A stretch of 64,000 nt of DNA from Myxococcota bacterium (GCA_041687695.1 JAWLBL010000013.1:162274-226273); one strand, 5' to 3'. Shown: positions 26,157 through 35,924, numbered from the stretch's first letter. The notes: generated by a model not told the origin, from the sequence alone. Numbers and translations: made by a program.

Positions 26157-27098
26157 ATGCAGATGTACTTCGGTTTGGACGACCTGCCCGAGGAGCCGCT
26201 CGAGCCGGTCGTGACCATGGGCAACTTCGACGGCGTGCACCGGGGACATCAGGCCCTGCTCGCGCGCGTGCAGGAGGAGGGCTCGCGCATGAGCGCGCCC
26301 ACCATGGTCATCACCTTCCACCCGCACCCCCGGCAGGTGCTGCGGCCCGAAGAGCCCTTCACGCCCATCATGTCGCTCAAGGAGCGCATGCGGCGGCTGT
26401 GGGATCTCCGCATCGACCACGCCCTCATCCTGCCGTTCGACCACGACATGGCCGAGATGACCGGGCGCGAGTTCATCGAAGAGGTGCTCTGGGACGCGCT
26501 GCGCATCCGCGGCATCTATGTCGGCGCGGCGATGACCTTCGGATACCAGCGCCAGGGCAACGTCAAGCTGCTCGAGTCCGAGGGGCGACGGCTGGGCTAC
26601 GGCGTCGGCGTCATAGACCCCGTGCTGGTCGAGGGCTATCGCGTCTCGTCCACCCTCATCCGGCAGGCGGTCGCGTCGGGGCAGCTCGAGGTCGCCGCGC
26701 GGCTGTTGGGCCGCAACCACCGCGTCGTGGGGACGGTCGTCGAGGGCGACAAGCGCGGCCGCGAGCTGGGCTTCCCGACCGCCAACCTCGAGACCGACGG
26801 CGGCGTCCTGCCGCCGAACGGGGTCTATGCGGCCTGGGCGCTGCTGGACGACGGCGCGACCCGCGTGCCCGCGGTCGTGAACATCGGCGTGCGGCCGACC
26901 TTCACCGAGGGCGGCCCCGTCAGCGTCGAGGCGCACCTGCTGGACTTCGAGGGCGACCTGTACGGCCAGGAGGTCGCGCTCGCCCTGGTGCGCAACCTGC
27001 GCGGCGAGCAGCAGTTCGGGGGCGTCGAGCCCCTCAAGCGGCAGATCAAGCGCGACGTCATCGAGGCGCGGCGCGCCCTGGGCGTCCCGCGGGCGTGA
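26157..27098 (+). CDS. ribF: Bifunctional riboflavin kinase / FAD synthetase
   Basis: GNFDGVHRGH, VSSTLIR, GRELGFPTAN, NIGVRPTF, EAHLLDF. Confidence 0.96.
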   Translation: MQMYFGLDDLPEEPLEPVVTMGNFDGVHRGHQALLARVQEEGSRMSAPTMVITFHPHPRQVLRPEEPFTPIMSLKERMRRLWDLRIDHALILPFDHDMAEMTGREFIEEVLWDALRIRGIYVGAAMTFGYQRQGNVKLLESEGRRLGYGVGVIDPVLVEGYRVSSTLIRQAVASGQLEVAARLLGRNHRVVGTVVEGDKRGRELGFPTANLETDGGVLPPNGVYAAWALLDDGATRVPAVVNIGVRPTFTEGGPVSVEAHLLDFEGDLYGQEVALALVRNLRGEQQFGGVEPLKRQIKRDVIEARRALGVPRA

Positions 27099-27961
27099 CC
27101 GCGACGCCCCTGCGGCTCGGCCTGGTCGGTCACCCGGTCGCCCACAGCCTGTCGGCCGTGATGCACCGCGCGGCGCTCGAGGCCGTCGGCCGGCAGGGCG
27201 ATTATGCGCTGTTGGACACGCCGACCGAGGTCGAGTTGGCCGACCTCGTCGGACGGCTCAGGTTCGGCCACCTCGACGGCCTGAACGTCACCATCCCGCA
27301 CAAGCAGGCGGCCCTGGGTCTGTGCGACCGCGCGACCGCCGAGGCGAGCGCCCTGGGCGCGGTCAACACGCTCGTCCGCAGCGCCGACGGCCTCGTGGTC
27401 GGGCACAACACCGATCTGCCGGGGCTGGTGGCGGCCCTGCGGCAGGCCTTCCCCGACCCGCCCTGGGTGGGCGGCGTCTGCGCCCTGCTGGGCGCCGGAG
27501 GGGCCGCCCGCGCCGCCGCCGCCGCCGCCCTGCAGGTCGGGGCGCGCGAGGTCCGCGTCTACAACCGCACCGCCAGCCGCGCGCGCCAGCTCACCGAGGA
27601 TCTGGCCGACCCGCGGGTCGTCCCGGTCGCGTCGGCGCTGGACGCGCTGGCCGGGGCGACCCTGGTCCTGCAGTCGACCAGCGCGGGCATGGGCACGCAG
27701 CCGGCCTCGCCCGAGTGGGAGGAGCTACGGGTCCATGCGATGACGGCCCTGGCCGCGACGTCGGCCGAGGCCTGCGTCATGGATCTGGTCTATCGGCCCG
27801 CGCGGACGCCGTGGTGCGCGGCCGCCGAGGCCCTGGGACGCCGGGCCGAGGCCGGCCTGCCGATGCTGGTCGAGCAGGCGGCGCTGGCCTTCGCGCTGTG
27901 GACGGGCCAGCCGGCCCCGCGTGAGGTCATGGCGCGGGCGGCGGCGGGGGCCCTGCGCTGA
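27095..27961 (+). CDS. aroE: Shikimate dehydrogenase
   Basis: GHPVAHSLS, GLNVTIPHK, GAVNT, HNTD, LGAGGAARA, DLVY, GLPMLVEQA. Confidence 0.93.
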   Translation: MTATPLRLGLVGHPVAHSLSAVMHRAALEAVGRQGDYALLDTPTEVELADLVGRLRFGHLDGLNVTIPHKQAALGLCDRATAEASALGAVNTLVRSADGLVVGHNTDLPGLVAALRQAFPDPPWVGGVCALLGAGGAARAAAAAALQVGAREVRVYNRTASRARQLTEDLADPRVVPVASALDALAGATLVLQSTSAGMGTQPASPEWEELRVHAMTALAATSAEACVMDLVYRPARTPWCAAAEALGRRAEAGLPMLVEQAALAFALWTGQPAPREVMARAAAGALR

Positions 27962-29291
27962 GCGCGGCGACGAGGGCCGCGGCCTTGGCCTCGGTCTCGG
28001 CCCACTCGGCCTCGGGCGTGCTGTCCGCGACGATGCCGCCGCCGGTGTGGTAGCTCAGCTGGCCGTCGGCCACGACACACGAGCGGATGAGGATGTTGAA
28101 GGTGGCGCGCCCGGTGCCGTCGACGACGCCCAGGCTGCCGGTGTACAGGCCCCGTCGCAGTCCCTCGACCCGCTCGATGCGGGCCATGGCGGCGATCTTG
28201 GGCGCGCCGGTGATGCTGCCGCCGGGGAAGAGCGCCGTCAGGACGTCGGCGAGGTCGGCGTCGGGGCGGACGCGGGCGGCCACGTCGCTGACCAGGTGGT
28301 GGACGGTCGGCAGCGGCTGCACGCCCAGCAGCTGGGGCACCGAGACCCCGCCCGGGACCGCGACCCGGCCGAGATCGTTGCGCACGAGGTCGACGATCAT
28401 GACGTGCTCGGCGCGCTCCTTGGGGTCGGCGCGGAGCGCGTCGGCCAGGCGTGCGTCCTCGGCAGGCGTTGGGCCACGGGGGCGGGTGCCCTTGATGGGG
28501 TAGCTGTGGGCCGCGCGGGTCGCCGGGTCCCAGGTGAGCAGGCACTCGGGCGAGGCCGAGACCAGCCACTGGTCCGGCCCGAAGGCCCACAGCGCGCCCA
28601 GCGCGGCCGGGCTGCGGGCGCGCAGGGCGCGGTGCAGGGCGGGCGCCAGCGCGGGGTCCATGGGGGCCGACAGGCGCCGTGCCACGTTGGCCTGGTAGAG
28701 GTCGCCGCGGGCGATGCCGTCCAGGACGTCGGCCAGGGCGGCGCGGTGGGCGTCGCGGTCGAGGTGGCTGTCGAGCCGGGTCGGCAGCGTGCCTTGGGCG
28801 AGGGCGCGGGGCGGGCGCTCGAGGTGGGTCAGCAGTCGCCGGCGGGCCGCGTGGTCGGTGGCGTGCAGGCGCCAGGGCCCGGTCGGCCCGTCCGAGGCCA
28901 GGAAGGCGGGGTAGGTGGCAAGGACCAGGTCGGGGACCGAGCCGTCGCGGCGCGCGGTGGCGGGCAGGCGCTCGAGGTTGCGGCCGAGGTCGTAGGACAA
29001 GCCGAGGACGTGCAGCGGCGCGGGCTGCCCGCTGCGCGTGACGTGCCGCCGGAGCCAGTCGGACAGGCCGCGGAGGGGCAGGTCCTCGACCCGCAGGCGC
29101 TGGACGCGGCTGGGGAGCGCGGCGAGCAGGTGCCCGGGGCGCGTGAAGCCGACGGTCGGCCCAGCGGCCGGGAGGGCGTCGCCGCCGTCGGCCCAGAACG
29201 GCGACGCCCGCCACGCGTCCTCGCCGGCGAACAGGCGCTCGGCGAGGACGGGGGCGGGCGCGCCCGAGAGGATGAGCGGTCCCGTGGTCAG
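27927..29291 (-). CDS. pabB: Chorismate-binding enzyme (aminodeoxychorismate synthase component I / TrpE-like)
   Basis: GDLYQAN, SASPE, PIKGTRPR, KERAEHVMIVDLVRNDL, FPGGSITGAPK, GGGIVADS; probable CTG start. Confidence 0.82.
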   Translation of the reverse strand: MTTGPLILSGAPAPVLAERLFAGEDAWRASPFWADGGDALPAAGPTVGFTRPGHLLAALPSRVQRLRVEDLPLRGLSDWLRRHVTRSGQPAPLHVLGLSYDLGRNLERLPATARRDGSVPDLVLATYPAFLASDGPTGPWRLHATDHAARRRLLTHLERPPRALAQGTLPTRLDSHLDRDAHRAALADVLDGIARGDLYQANVARRLSAPMDPALAPALHRALRARSPAALGALWAFGPDQWLVSASPECLLTWDPATRAAHSYPIKGTRPRGPTPAEDARLADALRADPKERAEHVMIVDLVRNDLGRVAVPGGVSVPQLLGVQPLPTVHHLVSDVAARVRPDADLADVLTALFPGGSITGAPKIAAMARIERVEGLRRGLYTGSLGVVDGTGRATFNILIRSCVVADGQLSYHTGGGIVADSTPEAEWAETEAKAAALVAALSAGPPPPPAP

Positions 29292-29305
29292 GGCGGCGCT
29301 CCGGA

Positions 29306-30076
29306 TCAGCGCTCGCGCAGGAGCGCCTCGAGCTCGGCCTCGACGTCGTCGACCGAGGCCGACTGCTGACCGGGCGGCAGCGCCGCGGGCTGGGCGGCGG
29401 GGGCCACGCCCATCTTGGCCTTGAGGGCCGCGAGCGCGTCGTCCTGCGCGACGTCCGAGGAGCTGAGGGCGTCGAACTGCTTGGACAGCGAGTCGGTGTC
29501 GAGGTCGCCCGAGAGCTCGAGCGCGGCCTGCGCCTCGGCCTCGGCGCGGTCGACCTTCTCCTCCATGCGCGAGAAGGTGTCGAAGGCGCTGTTGTCCTTC
29601 ATCCCCGCCATGGTGTCCTGGATCTTCTTCTGCGCCTCGGCCCGCTTCTGGCGCGCGATGAGGAGGTTCTTCTTGCGCGAGGCCTCCTCGATCTTCTTGT
29701 TGAGCGCCGTCAGGGCGTCCCGCAGCTGGTCGGCGGCCTGCTTCTGCGCCACCCACTGCTGCTGGAACTGCTCGGCCAGGGTGTCGTGCTCACCCTTGCG
29801 GGCCAGCGCCTGGCGGGCGAGGTCGTCGCGGCCGGCCTTGATGGCCGTCATCGCCTTCTTCTCCCACTCGCGCGCCTTCTCGAGCTCGCTCTCGTACTGG
29901 CGCTTGAGGCGCTTTTCGTCGGCGATGGCGACGGCGACCTGCTTGCGCGCCTCGAGGAACTGCTGGCGCATGTCGATGATGAGCTGGTTGAGGATCTTCT
30001 CGGGATCCTCGGCCTTGCTGATGAGCGCGTTGATGTTCGACTTCAGCAGCGTCGACATCCGGGCGAAGATGCTCAT
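29306..30076 (-). CDS. pspA: Phage shock protein A (PspA/IM30 family)
   Basis: MSIFARMSTLLKSNINALISKAEDPEKIL, coiled coil, GRDDLARQAL, FSRMEEKV. Confidence 0.93.
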   Translation of the reverse strand: MSIFARMSTLLKSNINALISKAEDPEKILNQLIIDMRQQFLEARKQVAVAIADEKRLKRQYESELEKAREWEKKAMTAIKAGRDDLARQALARKGEHDTLAEQFQQQWVAQKQAADQLRDALTALNKKIEEASRKKNLLIARQKRAEAQKKIQDTMAGMKDNSAFDTFSRMEEKVDRAEAEAQAALELSGDLDTDSLSKQFDALSSSDVAQDDALAALKAKMGVAPAAQPAALPPGQQSASVDDVEAELEALLRER

Positions 30077-30078
30077 GG

Positions 30079-30498
30079 TCAGGCCTCCTCGGTGGCCGTC
30101 TCGTCGGCCCGCTGGTGAAAGCCCCTCAGCAGCTCGTAGTGCTCGCTGATGGCCAGGGAAAGGCTGTCGATGGCCGCCTCGAACTCGTTGTAGTCGAGGT
30201 TCTCGGACTGGAGGGTCTCGCTGGCGATGACCGCGTTGCCTTCGAGGCCGTAGGCGCCGGCGACCATCTCCGTGGCGTTGAGCTCGAGCAGGCGGCGATA
30301 CAGCGCGCGCTGCGCCTCGGGGTCCTCCGGGACCTCCATCAGCTTGACGCGGAAGACCACGATGGGTGGGCTGTAACGGATGACGATGTTGTCGATGTGG
30401 TCGACTTCGTCGTGGATGATCCACAACCCCTCTTCGACGGACTCGTACTCGAGTCCGCTTCGGATGAGGTAGCCTTCGAGGGTTTCGGGACGGTCCAT
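30079..30498 (-). CDS. CesT/YbjN-like chaperone-fold protein
   Basis: 139 aa, acidic; LYRRLLELN...GAYGL and LDYNEFEAAI pattern typical of T3SS-chaperone-like proteins; 2 bp upstream of pspA. Confidence 0.7.
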   Translation of the reverse strand: MDRPETLEGYLIRSGLEYESVEEGLWIIHDEVDHIDNIVIRYSPPIVVFRVKLMEVPEDPEAQRALYRRLLELNATEMVAGAYGLEGNAVIASETLQSENLDYNEFEAAIDSLSLAISEHYELLRGFHQRADETATEEA

Positions 30499-30683
30499 CG
30501 GTGCTCCGACTCCGTGGCTGGTGGGCAGACGGTTGCTTGTCTGTAGCGCCGTTCCGAGGTAGCAAGGCGCTCTTTCATCGTCAAGGGCGGCTCCCGGGAA
30601 AAGGCCTCGGGCGCGGCCCAGCAAGGTGACGCGGCGGTCTTCGACCCGCCGGGACGCACACCAGGCTGGTGTGAGGTGTCGCG

Positions 30684-31181
30684 ATGAGCAGGACGCGTTT
30701 TTGGCGAAGGCTCACCCTCGTGGGGCTGCTCGGGGGCACGGCGCTCGGCGCCTTCGGCGGCTGTGACGAGGAGCTGGTGCTGGCCAACGCCCTGCCGCGG
30801 GTCACCTGGGTGGACGTGGCGCCGGCCGAGGACGGCGTCGCCGCCATCACCGTCTGGGTGCGCGACCTCGAGGGCGACCCCGTCAGCCTCGACGTGACGT
30901 GGTCGGCGCCCGGCGGCGCGCCTACGCCCATCGCGATCGCGCCGGGCGGCCACGGCCTCGTCGGCCTGACCACGCTCGAGGGCGCTGGGGACCCCAATGG
31001 CCAACCACACCTCATCTCGTGGGACGTGACCGCCGTCCCCGAGGGGCAGGTGACCCTGACCTTCGTGGCCGACGACTCGGCGGCGGGGCGCACCCGCGCC
31101 TCGTCCGATGTGGCCGCAACCACCGTGTCGACCCCGGCCTTCCCGCTGTCGACCGGCACCGACGGCCGCGTCCCGCTCTGA
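30684..31181 (+). CDS. Hypothetical lipoprotein (beta-rich)
   Basis: Lipobox FGGC; NALP...DLEGDP pattern of Ig/cadherin-like domains. Confidence 0.55.
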   Translation: MSRTRFWRRLTLVGLLGGTALGAFGGCDEELVLANALPRVTWVDVAPAEDGVAAITVWVRDLEGDPVSLDVTWSAPGGAPTPIAIAPGGHGLVGLTTLEGAGDPNGQPHLISWDVTAVPEGQVTLTFVADDSAAGRTRASSDVAATTVSTPAFPLSTGTDGRVPL

Positions 31182-31191
31182 CCCGCCGGGG

Positions 31192-32046
31192 CTACAGCCC
31201 CAGCCGCTCGATCACCTCGGCCATCACGGCCTCGTAGGCCTTGGCCCCGCGGCAGCCGGCGTCGAACTGGAAGATGGGCGCCCCCTCGGCCTGCGCCTGG
31301 GCGAGCGCCGTGTTGACCGGCACGCGCGTGGCCAGCAGGTGCCGCCCATAGCGCGCCTCGAGCCCGGCCTCGACCGCGTCGTTCACCTTCTGGTTGCGCG
31401 CGTCGTAGCGCGTGCGCAGCACGCCCAGCACGCCGACCTGGTGGCCCAGGGTGTCGGTCAGCGTGTCGACCGTCTCGAAGATGTCGTCGACGCCCTCGAG
31501 CGCCAGCACGCTCATGTCGCAGGGGACCAGCAGCCAGTCGGCCGCGACCAGCGCGTTGACCGTCAGGTTGCCGAGGTTGGGCGGGCAGTCGACGACGATG
31601 ACGTCGTAATGGGTCCGTGCGGTCTCCAGCGCCTTCTTCAGCAGGAACTCCTTGCCGATGCGCCCGGCCATGACGCCCTCGGTGGCGCCGAGATCCTTGT
31701 CGGCCGGGGTCACCGACAGGCCGGCGATGGCGGTCGGCAGCGCGACCTCGTGGACGTCGCGGCGCTTGCCCAGCAGGACCCCGCTGAGGGACTCGGCCGT
31801 GGCGCCGCGCAGCTGGGCGTGCAGGGCCGACGAGCAGTGCCCCTGGGCGTCGATGTCGACCAGCAGGACCTGCTTGCCGCGCAACATCGCCAGGCCCGCC
31901 GCCAGGTTCACGGCCGTGGTCGTCTTGCCGACGCCCCCTTTCTGGGCGCACACGGCGATGACCTGCGCCTGGTGCGTGCCCTTGAGCGGGCCACGAGAGT
32001 CGCCCCGGACGAGGCGGCGCAGCGGGTCGGTCAGCAGGCTGGTCAT
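31192..32046 (-). CDS. ParA/Soj family ATPase (orphan)
   Basis: QKGGVGKTT deviant Walker A, VDIDAQG, VDCPPNLG; no parB adjacent. Confidence 0.9.
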   Translation of the reverse strand: MTSLLTDPLRRLVRGDSRGPLKGTHQAQVIAVCAQKGGVGKTTTAVNLAAGLAMLRGKQVLLVDIDAQGHCSSALHAQLRGATAESLSGVLLGKRRDVHEVALPTAIAGLSVTPADKDLGATEGVMAGRIGKEFLLKKALETARTHYDVIVVDCPPNLGNLTVNALVAADWLLVPCDMSVLALEGVDDIFETVDTLTDTLGHQVGVLGVLRTRYDARNQKVNDAVEAGLEARYGRHLLATRVPVNTALAQAQAEGAPIFQFDAGCRGAKAYEAVMAEVIERLGL

Positions 32047-32259
32047 GAGCCTCTCCTTGGGCGAGTGGGGCGCGCGGGTCGTGCGGCGCTCAATGTAACG
32101 CGGCGCGTCATCGTGTCAAATCGTCTCCCGCCGGGGCGCTCGGTGTGGCAAGCGTGACACGCTGCTTTGCTTGCTGGCGGGGGGCCGGCTGGTATGCTCG
32201 GGCCCGGCCAGCCGCAGGCCCCGCGCCTGTCGGACCTGGCGATCACGAAGCGCGGCGGC

Positions 32260-32275
32260 TGGCACGCCGCTTGCT
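32260..32275 (+). promoter_or_regulatory. sigma54 (-24/-12) promoter of the L,D-transpeptidase gene
   Basis: TGGCACG-CCGC-TTGCT, a perfect consensus match. Confidence 0.75.
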
Positions 32276-32342
32276 GAACACTCTCTGGACGCGCGCCCCC
32301 CGGCGACGAGCCGCGGCCCCTGGTCGCGCCCACCCAGGTTGG

Positions 32343-34424
32343 ATGAACACGATGGTGATGCGAACGCTCTCGAGGACTCCGTGGACGATGCGCCTGCTGG
32401 CGGCCCTGCTCGCCTGGCCGCTCGTCGCGGGTTGCGCCTCGGACGACCCCACGCCCGCACCGACCCCGCGGGGCCCCGGCTCGGCCGACGGCCTCACGGC
32501 CGGCACGCCCGGCCCGGGCGCCGACCCGGCGGACGAGCCCAGCGCCGTGACGGACCCGCCGCCGGCGCCCAAGGTCAAGCGCGCCCTGCTCGCCCGCGAC
32601 GTGCGCGGCTTCCTCGACCGCTGGGCCAAGCGCGAGCGGACCTTCGTCGCCGAGCACACCAAGGCCTTCACAAAGGCGCTCGAGCAGCTGCGCTGGTTCA
32701 AGAAGCTGTCGACGAGGGCCTACGAGGCGCGTGAGCAGTCGGCCATCTTCAACGATGGCGAGCGGCTCCTGCCGGCCGCCGAGCAGCTGCTGGCCAGGCT
32801 CGACGCGCTCGAGGCCCACGGCGTCGACCCCAAGCCCTACGACCGCGAGCGGCTGCGGCAGCTGGTGGGCGACGTGGCCGACAGGCGGGCCGCCTACGAG
32901 GCCGCGATCGCCGGGGTCAGCGACCCGCGCGAGGCCGCGCTGTGGAAGGTGGTCGACAAGGCGCGCACGATGGTGGCGCTGGACGGGCCGGCGCTCGAGG
33001 CGCTGCTCGCGCCGACCGGGCTGAGCGACGACGACGCGCCGCTGGTCGCCCGCATCGAGGAGCGGGTCGAGGCCACGCTCTCGGCCAAGGGGGCGCTGAA
33101 CACGGCGCTGCGCGAGGCCGACCTGGCGCTGCTGGGGGCGTACTTCCGGTACGTCTACGACATGCGCTACGCCCGGCGCGCGCATCCGTTCCTGGCGGAC
33201 GCCAACGACGGCGCCGGCGTCGAGCGGACGGCCGACGCGCTCTTTTCGGCCTTCGAGGAGACCGACTTCGGCAAGCTCGACGACGCGCTGGCGGCGCTGG
33301 AGCCGCGCCTGCCGGACTATCGCAAGCTGATGGAGGGGCTGGCGTTCTACCGGACGCTCGCCGCCGAGGTCGAGCAGCCCCAGCTGCCCAAGGCGGCCGA
33401 GCGGCTGCGCAAGGGCTCCAAGGGCGAGACGGTCACGATGCTGCAGCGGCGCCTGTTCCAGGAGGGCTACTTCGAGGGCGAGGCGGACGGCAAGTACGGC
33501 GACCAGCTGGCCGAGGCGGTGCGTTGGTATCAGGAGACGCACCAGATGAAGGAGACCGGCGAGATGGACGCCGGGACCCTGCGTTCGATGAACCGCACCT
33601 ACGCCGAGCGCGCCGAGGACATCGCGCTCGGGCTCATGCGCCACCGCGAGAGCGAGCTGCACCAGGGCACCTGGCGCTTCGGCGAGCACCCGGTGCAGGC
33701 GCGCATCAACATCCCCGAGTTCGTCGCCCGCTTCTACAAGGACGGCGAGGTCGCGCGACGCCACAGGGTCGTGGTCGGCAACAACGCCATCGAGGTGGAC
33801 GAGCAGACGGGCAAGCGTGGGCACTTCAACCGCACGCGCATGTTCTCCGAGGAGATGCGCACCATCGTGCTCAACCCGACCTGGAAGGTGCCGCGCCGCA
33901 TCAAGGAGACCGAGCTCGACCGCGAGCTGCTCGAGCAGCCGGACTACTACGAGAAGCACAACTACCAGGTGCGCATCCTCGACGACGGCACCGAGGAGGT
34001 CGTGCAGATGCCGGGGCCCAACAACGCCCTGGGGCTGGTGAAGTTCCTCTTCCCCAACCGCTTCTCCATCTACATGCACGACACGCCGAGGAAGAGCCTG
34101 TTCAACCGCGAGATCCGGGCCTTCAGCCACGGCTGCATGCGGACCGAGGACCCGCTCGATCTGGCGCGCTGGATCCTGGTCGAGGTCGAGGGCATGACCA
34201 ACGACCGCTTCGACGCCATCTTGAGGAGCCGCGAGGAGTACGGGATCGCGCTCAAGAACAAGATCCCCATCACCATCGACTACAACACGGTCGGCGTGCA
34301 CGAGACGGGCAAGATCATGTTCTTCATCGACATCTACAAATTCGACCGCGACTACCGGGACGGCAAGACGCCCTACGCCGGGGCCGACCGCGGCGAGCTG
34401 GAGCAGGTGGTGATGTCGCCATGA
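32343..34424 (+). CDS. L,D-transpeptidase (YcbB/LdtD-like) lipoprotein with peptidoglycan-binding domain
   Basis: Lipobox VAGC; PG-binding LRKGSKGETV..LQRRL...YQ; INIP, VVVG, NPTWKVP, PGPNNALG, IYMHDTP, SHGCMR. Start could be 32343, 32358 or 32388. Confidence 0.88.
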   Translation: MNTMVMRTLSRTPWTMRLLAALLAWPLVAGCASDDPTPAPTPRGPGSADGLTAGTPGPGADPADEPSAVTDPPPAPKVKRALLARDVRGFLDRWAKRERTFVAEHTKAFTKALEQLRWFKKLSTRAYEAREQSAIFNDGERLLPAAEQLLARLDALEAHGVDPKPYDRERLRQLVGDVADRRAAYEAAIAGVSDPREAALWKVVDKARTMVALDGPALEALLAPTGLSDDDAPLVARIEERVEATLSAKGALNTALREADLALLGAYFRYVYDMRYARRAHPFLADANDGAGVERTADALFSAFEETDFGKLDDALAALEPRLPDYRKLMEGLAFYRTLAAEVEQPQLPKAAERLRKGSKGETVTMLQRRLFQEGYFEGEADGKYGDQLAEAVRWYQETHQMKETGEMDAGTLRSMNRTYAERAEDIALGLMRHRESELHQGTWRFGEHPVQARINIPEFVARFYKDGEVARRHRVVVGNNAIEVDEQTGKRGHFNRTRMFSEEMRTIVLNPTWKVPRRIKETELDRELLEQPDYYEKHNYQVRILDDGTEEVVQMPGPNNALGLVKFLFPNRFSIYMHDTPRKSLFNREIRAFSHGCMRTEDPLDLARWILVEVEGMTNDRFDAILRSREEYGIALKNKIPITIDYNTVGVHETGKIMFFIDIYKFDRDYRDGKTPYAGADRGELEQVVMSP

Positions 34425-34684
34425 CGACCCCCGAGGACGCGACCGACGAGACCCCGAGCGCCGCGGCGCCGCCCGACATCGACGCCGCGCTCGAGGGGCT
34501 CGACCCCGAGCTGCTGGCCTCCTTCGAGCTGGTCATCAACGCCGACGGCAGCGTGACCTTCATCGACTTCCCGCCCGAGCTGCTCGACATCGCGCACGCG
34601 CTCAACCCGGACGATCCGCTGGTGTGCGAGCGGCGCGCGCTGGCGCAGGCGGGCGCAAGCTCGGACGAGGGCTCAGGCGGCTGA
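34421..34684 (+). CDS. Small acidic hypothetical protein (87 aa)
   Basis: ATGA overlap with the L,D-transpeptidase stop; typical codon usage. Confidence 0.55.
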   Translation: MTTPEDATDETPSAAAPPDIDAALEGLDPELLASFELVINADGSVTFIDFPPELLDIAHALNPDDPLVCERRALAQAGASSDEGSGG

Positions 34685-35860
34685 CGCGTCCGGCGGGGCG
34701 AAGACCGTGTCGGCGAAGGCCGCGAGGCCGCCGATGTCGTGCACGTCGCGGCGGAACAGCGGGACGTGCCACAGCCGGGCCGCGTCGGCGCCCAGGGCGG
34801 TCGACAGGGACGCGATGCGCGCCCGGTCGATGCGGGTGAGCGTCGCGTAGTCCATGCAGGCGGCGGTCAGGCGGTCGGCCAGGCGCGCGAGGAGATCGGG
34901 GTCCTCGTACCCCAGGGCCGGCGTGGTCGTCAGGGCCTGCCGCAGGCGGCCGTCCAGGGTCGCCTCGTCGACGTCGAGCGGCAGGAACGGCTCGCGGACC
35001 CGGTTGACGACGAAGGCGCCGAAGGGCATGGCCTCGCGCCGCAGCTGCGCGTGGAAGAACAGCCCCTCGTCCATGGCGACCAGGTCGGTCGAGGCGACCA
35101 CGACGAAGGCGACGTCGGGCGAGCGCAGGATCTCCTTGACCCTGGCCGCGCGGGCCTTGAAGCCGGCGTACATCTCGTGGAACGACTCGATGAACTCGAG
35201 CAGGTTCAGGAAGGTCTCGGCGCCGATGAAGCGGTTGAGGCCCTTGAGCAGCAGGCGGTTCATCTTGACGAAGCCGAGCCCGACGCGGCCGGCCGTGCGC
35301 GCGCCGGCCATCATCAGGCGCGACGAGGCCGAGTCCAGGAAGTCCTCGAGGCGGTCGGCGGCGTGCAGGAAGTCCAGCGCGTTGGGGGTGGGCGGCGTGT
35401 CGAGGACGATGAGGTCGTAGTCGCGCTGCTCGCGGACCTCGTACAGCTTCTCCATCGCCATGTACTCCTGGCTGCCGGCCAGGACGGTGGAGGTCTGCTT
35501 GTAGAAGGGGTTGGCCATGATGCGGCGCTTGGCCGCCTCGTTGGGCGCGTGGCGATCGATGAGCGCGTCGAAGGTGCTCTTGGTGTCGAGCATCATCGCC
35601 CACAGCTCGCCCGCGCCCAGGGCGACGCCGGCCTCGGCGAACAGCTCGGGGGCGACGCGCACCTCCTCGTTGCCCAGCTCGGCGAGGCCCAGCGAGGTCG
35701 CGAGGCGGCGGGCCGGGTCGACGGTCAGGACCAGCACCTTCTTGCCCATCCGGGCGGCCTGCACGGCGAAGGCGGCGGCCGTGGTCGTCTTCCCGACGCC
35801 GCCGGAGCCGACCACGATGAGGGTCCGCTTGTCGTCGACGAGGCGCGCGAGGCTCGGCAT
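34673..35860 (-). CDS. ArsA/GET3-family ATPase
   Basis: GSGGVGKTT, TVDPARRL, GSQEYMAMEKL, LDTPPT, VVNRV. Confidence 0.88.
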   Translation of the reverse strand: MPSLARLVDDKRTLIVVGSGGVGKTTTAAAFAVQAARMGKKVLVLTVDPARRLATSLGLAELGNEEVRVAPELFAEAGVALGAGELWAMMLDTKSTFDALIDRHAPNEAAKRRIMANPFYKQTSTVLAGSQEYMAMEKLYEVREQRDYDLIVLDTPPTPNALDFLHAADRLEDFLDSASSRLMMAGARTAGRVGLGFVKMNRLLLKGLNRFIGAETFLNLLEFIESFHEMYAGFKARAARVKEILRSPDVAFVVVASTDLVAMDEGLFFHAQLRREAMPFGAFVVNRVREPFLPLDVDEATLDGRLRQALTTTPALGYEDPDLLARLADRLTAACMDYATLTRIDRARIASLSTALGADAARLWHVPLFRRDVHDIGGLAAFADTVFAPPDASAA

Positions 35861-35924
35861 GGGCTCGACTTCCTTGCTGGGGGTCCCGGGGCCGAGGCGG
35901 CTGTAGCAATGCCTCGGCAGGCGG

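Noticed and set aside
23124..26936. Very long antisense and alternate-frame ORFs (1270 aa opposite secA; also 6057-9272, 14978-17413, 52334-54853 and many others)
   Set aside because: Shadow ORFs expected from high GC and strong third-position bias; Arg/Gly/Pro-rich with no motifs, and they overlap well-supported genes.
34673..35860. Arsenic-resistance locus
   Set aside because: No arsB, acr3, arsC, arsR or arsD; single ATPase domain without evident metalloid-binding Cys residues.
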